Of a stretch of DNA of 50,600 bases, positions 46,310-50,600 are shown one piece after another. The stretch comes from Candidatus Pacearchaeota archaeon. GTDB taxonomy: Archaea; Nanobdellota; Nanobdellia; Pacearchaeales; UBA284. The notes below the pieces were generated by a model. The model worked only from the letters and a program-made list of their open reading frames with translations, was not told the DNA's origin and searched no databases. Both the position numbers and the translations under genes were made by a program. Where the stretch lies: assembly GCA_026395795.1 (NCBI GenBank), contig JAPLYB010000036.1:1-50600 (forward strand). The letters run 5' to 3'. The first letter of the stretch is position 1, and every line of letters begins with the position of its first letter.

Positions 46310-46383
46310 TGGGACTGCTGGGATTTGAACCCAGATCACGGGTGCCCAAGACCCGAATACTAACCAAGTTATAATACAATCCC
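46310..46383 (-). tRNA. tRNA-Pro(TGG)
   Basis: minus strand GGGATTG...CGGGT-CT-TGG-GC-ACCCG...GGTTCAAATCC...CAGTCCCA. Confidence 0.9.
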
Positions 46384-46433
46384 TTGAGAAAATGATGTTT
46401 GAATGATTTATAAAAGTTGTCAAGAGAAGAACT

Positions 46434-47132
46434 TTACTTTTTCTTTTTCTCTTCTTTAGCAAGCGCAGCTTTAACTGGTGCTGATCCAGCTGCAGGCGCT
46501 GCGGTGCCTGCTACTGCAGGTGCTGTTCCAGTAGCTGCTTCACTTGCTTTTGCTTCTTTCTTAGCTTCAATTTCTTTCAAATAAGCTTCTTGAGCCTTCT
46601 TTATTTTTTCAAAGTCTTTATTTAACTGAGCTATTTTTTCAGGAGATGCTTGTTCAGCTCCTTTTGAGATTAGATCATTATGCTTCCCTTCTTTAACTTC
46701 TTGAATAACTTCAACAGGATTTTTTCCCTCAACTAGTAATCCTAAAGACATACAAGTTCCAAGAACAGAATCAACAGCTTCATTCATTCCATTAACCATC
46801 ATATCTTTTTCCTTTATTTTTGCAACCTTAATCACAATCTCAAGAGGAATGTTACCCATTTTAATTTTATTGGGTTGAGGAGATCCTTTTTCAATTCCAA
46901 CTTCTCTTTTCAAAAGTTCAGATGTTGGGGGTGTGAAAACTTGAACAGTGAATTCTTTTGTTTTTGTATTAATATCAAGAACAGCAGGAACCTTGATTCC
47001 CTTAAATCCCGCAGTTGCCTTATTGACATCTGCAATAATCTTGCCCATATTCATTCCTAATGGTCCAATCTTCTGGCTTAGAGCAGGACCTGGCTTCATT
47101 GCCCCGCCATCAACAAGTAATTTAATCTGCAT
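46434..47132 (-). CDS. rpl11: 50S ribosomal protein uL11 with long C-terminal extension
   Basis: LVDGG...PGP.L...IGPLG.N, T..FKG.KVP, PPTSELL, GTC.SLG. Confidence 0.95.
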   Translation of the reverse strand: MQIKLLVDGGAMKPGPALSQKIGPLGMNMGKIIADVNKATAGFKGIKVPAVLDINTKTKEFTVQVFTPPTSELLKREVGIEKGSPQPNKIKMGNIPLEIVIKVAKIKEKDMMVNGMNEAVDSVLGTCMSLGLLVEGKNPVEVIQEVKEGKHNDLISKGAEQASPEKIAQLNKDFEKIKKAQEAYLKEIEAKKEAKASEAATGTAPAVAGTAAPAAGSAPVKAALAKEEKKKK

Positions 47133-47149
47133 TTTTATTAGTCTCCTTA

Positions 47150-47407
47150 TTACTTTACTTCAACTGAGTCATTCAAAGATTGTCCAGGCAGCCCCTTCTC
47201 AAAGGCGACTCTGACAAGCCCTTTACTTCCATGACTGGATGTAATCTTTCCATTAATAACCTTGCCTGCAGGGCTCTTCCAAGAAACTTCCTTTCCAAAC
47301 AAAGCCTTGGCATCTTTAATAGTTTTTACACCATCGACTTCGATAATCATATGTCTAATATGAATTTTTGTCTTTCCTCTCCTAAAGCTCATTATTTTTC
47401 CCTTCAT
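47150..47407 (-). CDS. rpl35ae: 50S ribosomal protein eL33 (L35Ae)
   Basis: SFRRG, GKI...HG..G.VRV.FEKGLPGQ. Confidence 0.95.
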   Translation of the reverse strand: MKGKIMSFRRGKTKIHIRHMIIEVDGVKTIKDAKALFGKEVSWKSPAGKVINGKITSSHGSKGLVRVAFEKGLPGQSLNDSVEVK

Positions 47408-47493
47408 TTTATTTTCAAGATTTTTATTTTAGCATTATGATAATTTCACAAAGAAGGGGTGTTTTTAAAAGTTTTGCCTAAAGACATAGGGGC

Positions 47494-49362
47494 TTAGCTA
47501 AGAATAATTTCAAACTCTCCGATAACTTTTTTCACGTTTTCCAGCAATTTTCCATCAAGTCTCTTTTCAACAATAGCGTCTTTTTTCAAATGCTCTGTCA
47601 ATTCTTCCTTATTGGAATCAGTAATTTTTCCTTGAACAATTTTTTTGATTGTATCTTGAGTTATGTCTGGGATTAAAAAAGCTGCCTCTTTAAAGATAAA
47701 CAATTCTGCTCTTTTAACAACCATCTTTTCTTTAACTTTTGATTGATAAATAAAATAAATTTTCTTTTTTTCTGTTTCAAGAATTTCTTTTCTCTGAAGG
47801 TACTCTGTCAAATATCCAGTTAACTCAAATGAAGCTTTTTTCATAGAAGCAACTTCTTGTTTTGTTATATTCTCTTTTTTATGTTTTCTATTAATTTCAA
47901 TAATCTCTTGTAATAAAGCAACAACTTTGTGCGGAACGAGTCCTTTTTCAACAATATCTTTAGTCAATTTATTACATGCATTCGTTTCAGTACATTTTCC
48001 GATTACTTTTTCTAGCAAAACAAAAACAGAGCTATAAACTTCTGCAACTTCTTTCTTTGCCATCTTTTGTTCAACCTGTTTCATTAACTCCTTCAATCTT
48101 TTTATGTATTCTGTTGAATCAGCAAGCATCTCATCTATTTCCTTTCCAGAAGTAATCACTTTTGGATCGTGTTCATATTTCTTATAAGCCTTAACAATCC
48201 TTTCAAGCATATCAGCATATTTTGGTTCTAAGAGTTTTTCTTTATCAACAAAAACTCTTCTAAATTCTCCCTCTTGAATCTCTTTGGGAGTTGGGGGCGC
48301 CATCCCATATAACATTAGAACAGCTTGACTGGGGGTAACAACTCCCCAAAAAATATCTTGAGCAAGAATTTCGTTTAGTCTCATTCTTACATTCTCTGCA
48401 ACTTTCTCTCCAAGAGACATAAACATATCGATTGCTTCAGGACTTGGTTTGATCTTTCCCATTCTTAGAAGCAATTTCCAAGGCATGAATGCTCCACGAT
48501 CGTATAATGGGACCCCATCTCTAATAAACGTGAAGATAACAGGATGGGCATCTTTAACAGACTCCCAGAATTCTGTCAGAATATAAATTTGGGGGCTTAA
48601 CTTGTTCTTAACGCCCGCAAGTTCTTCAGCCTCCATTATATAACTCCAGATGATCGATCTCAACTTTTCTTTTAATTCAAATCGAGACATTCGTTTAACA
48701 TCTGTATCATCAATTACAACAAAAATGTCTATATCACTTGTTTCAATTGCTTTTCCCCTAACAAGACTTCCAGCGACTACATAGCTTACAACATATTTTT
48801 CAAATTTTCTCAAAACAAGATTTTTATGAATTGTTGTAACCCTTAGCGCACCCAACATCCCCCTATCATGCAACGGGAAAGACATGGCGATTGATTCAAT
48901 TAATGCGTACTTCCCATCAAAACACATTTCCCAAATTTCCGCAGCACTTTTGACATGCAACCAGACTCTTGGCTTAAGATCTTTAATAATTTTAATCGCT
49001 TCCATTTTGATCTTCGGAATCTCTTTGAATTTATCATCTGGAACAATCATCATTAGATGCACAAGCTTTTCATCTTGCTTATCTTTTTGTACTTCTTCCT
49101 CTTCTTCAATTAATTGTGTTGCTTGAGGAGGCAGAATCCCAATGGCTTCGATGTAAGGAAATTTTTTCACAACAACTTTCTTGAATTCTTTAAGTTTCTC
49201 CCTTAATTTATCAATTTCTTTTTTGACATCTTCTGGAATTTCTTTAGAAATATCTTTTAACTTATTATAAGTGTCCTGGTCACTATCTTGTTGAACATCC
49301 AACTCATCCTTTGAATCTTTCTTTTTGGATTTATCGTCTGCTACCATCTCGTAAAAAAGCAA
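47494..49362 (-). CDS. large nucleotidyltransferase (Pol-beta/MNT domains plus HEPN-like helical region)
   Basis: AGSLVRG.....SDIDIFVVIDD; IRDGVPLYD; upstream degenerate NTase-like repeat; real start may be 49347. Confidence 0.78.
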   Translation of the reverse strand: MLFYEMVADDKSKKKDSKDELDVQQDSDQDTYNKLKDISKEIPEDVKKEIDKLREKLKEFKKVVVKKFPYIEAIGILPPQATQLIEEEEEVQKDKQDEKLVHLMMIVPDDKFKEIPKIKMEAIKIIKDLKPRVWLHVKSAAEIWEMCFDGKYALIESIAMSFPLHDRGMLGALRVTTIHKNLVLRKFEKYVVSYVVAGSLVRGKAIETSDIDIFVVIDDTDVKRMSRFELKEKLRSIIWSYIMEAEELAGVKNKLSPQIYILTEFWESVKDAHPVIFTFIRDGVPLYDRGAFMPWKLLLRMGKIKPSPEAIDMFMSLGEKVAENVRMRLNEILAQDIFWGVVTPSQAVLMLYGMAPPTPKEIQEGEFRRVFVDKEKLLEPKYADMLERIVKAYKKYEHDPKVITSGKEIDEMLADSTEYIKRLKELMKQVEQKMAKKEVAEVYSSVFVLLEKVIGKCTETNACNKLTKDIVEKGLVPHKVVALLQEIIEINRKHKKENITKQEVASMKKASFELTGYLTEYLQRKEILETEKKKIYFIYQSKVKEKMVVKRAELFIFKEAAFLIPDITQDTIKKIVQGKITDSNKEELTEHLKKDAIVEKRLDGKLLENVKKVIGEFEIILS

Positions 49363-49485
49363 GAAACCTTTTTAAAGTTTCCTAAGACAAAACTTTGAAG
49401 AAGTTTCTGTATGGAAAATAGTTATTTCCTAAAGAACTACTCCCATTCTAAACTTTTTTAAATCCAACAAATGTATCATTTCTAT

Positions 49486-49589
49486 GGGCCCATAGTCCAG
49501 TGGTTAAGTTCTAAAGAATACTTTAGATTCCCATAAATGACGACTCCCTTACACGGAGTAGATCGCTGGTTCGATCCCAGCTGGGCCCA
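49486..49589 (+). tRNA. tRNA-Val(TAC) with 31-nt D-loop intron (49506-49536)
   Basis: GGGCCCA/TGGGCCC, ACTCC-CT-TAC-AC-GGAGT; removing the intron restores GTCCAGTGGTTATGAC; BHB helix GTGG/CCAT with 3-nt bulges. Confidence 0.9.
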
Positions 49590-49630
49590 TTTATTCTCAT
49601 AAAATTAAATTTTATCAAAAATTAAATTTC

Positions 49631-49730
49631 GCTGGGATCGAACCCTGGTTCTGCTCAGAAATGAGAACATTTCTGGCACGCCAAAAATTTCATAATTTTT
49701 GAGCGGATCCCAGCTGGGCCCATTTTTCTC
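49631..49730. repeat. inverted copy of the tRNA-Val T arm (49631-49644) plus direct copy of the tRNA-Val 3' end interrupted by a 54-nt insertion
   Basis: GCTGGGATCGAACC is the reverse complement of 49568-49581; CTGGTTC (49645-49651) + GATCCCAGCTGGGCCCATTT (from 49706) rebuilds the tRNA 3' end. Confidence 0.85.
49652..49705. mobile_element. 54-nt double-hairpin element inserted without target-site duplication
   Basis: TGCTCAGAAATG/CATTTCTGGCA + CGCCAAAAATT/AATTTTTGAGCG sits exactly between C and G of TTC^GA in a tRNA duplicate. Confidence 0.75.
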
Positions 49731-49770
49731 TTTTAAAAAGTTTTATATACTAATTTTTTTTCTAATAAGC

Positions 49771-50442
49771 ATGTTCATAAAAAAGATATTTGAAAATAAG
49801 ATTGATGATTCTGTTCATAAACAATTTGTAAGATTCGGAAAAGGAGTCTATTCTGGAAGAGCAGTTGTTAAGATAACAAGACAACCAGAGAAGATTAAAA
49901 TAGGAACGAGTTTTGATATGGCAAATGATATTGTTGAATTCTGTTCTCAAATTTCGAATAGCCTAAAATGTTCAGGGTTAATTTTTTCCAAAGAAAAACT
50001 AAATCTTCCTGAAGAAAAGAAAAAATCTGGCCTATTGCAATATGAAATAAACCAAGATCTTTCTTCAGATCAGATAAAAAAGATTCTAGAAAAATGCTAT
50101 GCAACTCTTCTAGACATAGAATCTCCAGGCATCTCTCTAAAATCCAAGAAGAAACTTCCAAAACCAGGGAAAGCAGGAGGTTCAAAAATAGATGATAAGT
50201 TCTGTCAACTTGAATTAAACACCAAATTCTGGCCTCAAGTTAAATCAGAATTTGCTTTTGACATGCCTGATTTTAAAAAGGCATTAGCAGTTCACACATA
50301 CACAATTACAGATATAATTATGCCAAAAGGGGAAAAAGACTTCGAAAAAATCAGGATTCTAGCAAAAAGGAAAGGAAAAATAACAAGAAAGATAACCCTA
50401 GACAAGCAAGAAACCATAAAAGAGAAGGATTTTGAGACCTAA
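49771..50442 (+). CDS. hypothetical protein
   Basis: ATG 49771 about 25 nt after TTTTATAT TATA; VHKQFVRFGKG...KRKGKI.R basic motifs; function not recognised. Confidence 0.7.
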   Translation: MFIKKIFENKIDDSVHKQFVRFGKGVYSGRAVVKITRQPEKIKIGTSFDMANDIVEFCSQISNSLKCSGLIFSKEKLNLPEEKKKSGLLQYEINQDLSSDQIKKILEKCYATLLDIESPGISLKSKKKLPKPGKAGGSKIDDKFCQLELNTKFWPQVKSEFAFDMPDFKKALAVHTYTITDIIMPKGEKDFEKIRILAKRKGKITRKITLDKQETIKEKDFET

Positions 50443-50539
50443 AACCCAAAATATATCTTAAACAGTATCTCCGAATGAAGTTTAATACTATAAAGTTACT
50501 CCGAAAAGTTTAAATACTTAACCTATCTATTAGATAGGT

Positions 50540-50600
50540 ATGAAAAGAGTGAAGATTATAACAAAAACAACACTTATTCTGAAAGGAATAAGATGCTTTC
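50540..50600 (+). CDS. 5' start of a gene truncated by the window end
   Basis: TATA TTTAAATA ~50509, ATG 50540, frame open to the end. Confidence 0.4.
   Translation, partial: MKRVKIITKTTLILKGIRCF

Noticed and set aside
13844-49705. CRISPR array or simple terminators as the explanation for the hairpin repeats
   Set aside because: Copies are dispersed and not regularly spaced, no cas genes are present, and several sit at gene starts or inside a tRNA duplicate
49699-49770. N-terminal extension of the last full ORF from TTG 49699
   Set aside because: It runs through the repeat, tRNA duplicate and TATA box; ATG 49771 fits the promoter spacing

Overview
AT-rich archaeal chromosomal segment. Gene content and compact, often leaderless TATA-box promoters point to a DPANN (Nanobdellota, probably Pacearchaeales/Woesearchaeales-like) genome; this taxonomy is inference. 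Housekeeping content: lysS, ileS, trmY, ncsA/ttuA, bud32, dph2, dus, hjc, rpo11, rpo12, several ribosomal proteins, alba, sepF, prefoldin, thyX-glyA-tmk, iscS/iscU, a type IV pilus ATPase/platform cluster, glycosyltransferases, a form III RuBisCO, a copper-export cluster and five tRNAs (two with introns). Several real genes are below the ORF-track cutoff: a minimal histone, a DUF5679-like Zn ribbon, eL41, Rpo12, and Cys-rich, acidic and 29-aa microproteins. Main unexplained signals: (1) a free-standing double-motif LAGLIDADG gene between a truncated tRNA-Ser-like 5' fragment and a complete, promoterless, intron-containing tRNA-Ser(GGA), which looks like a tRNA-replacing homing cassette; (2) a dispersed ~54-nt double-hairpin family with covarying stems and a conserved bulge, one copy cleanly inserted without target duplication and three copies supplying the SD and start of genes, alongside a tnpA-only IS200 element and an orphan IS200-like end; (3) an in-frame amber codon separating an HMA membrane protein from an intact Cys/Gly-rich tail.
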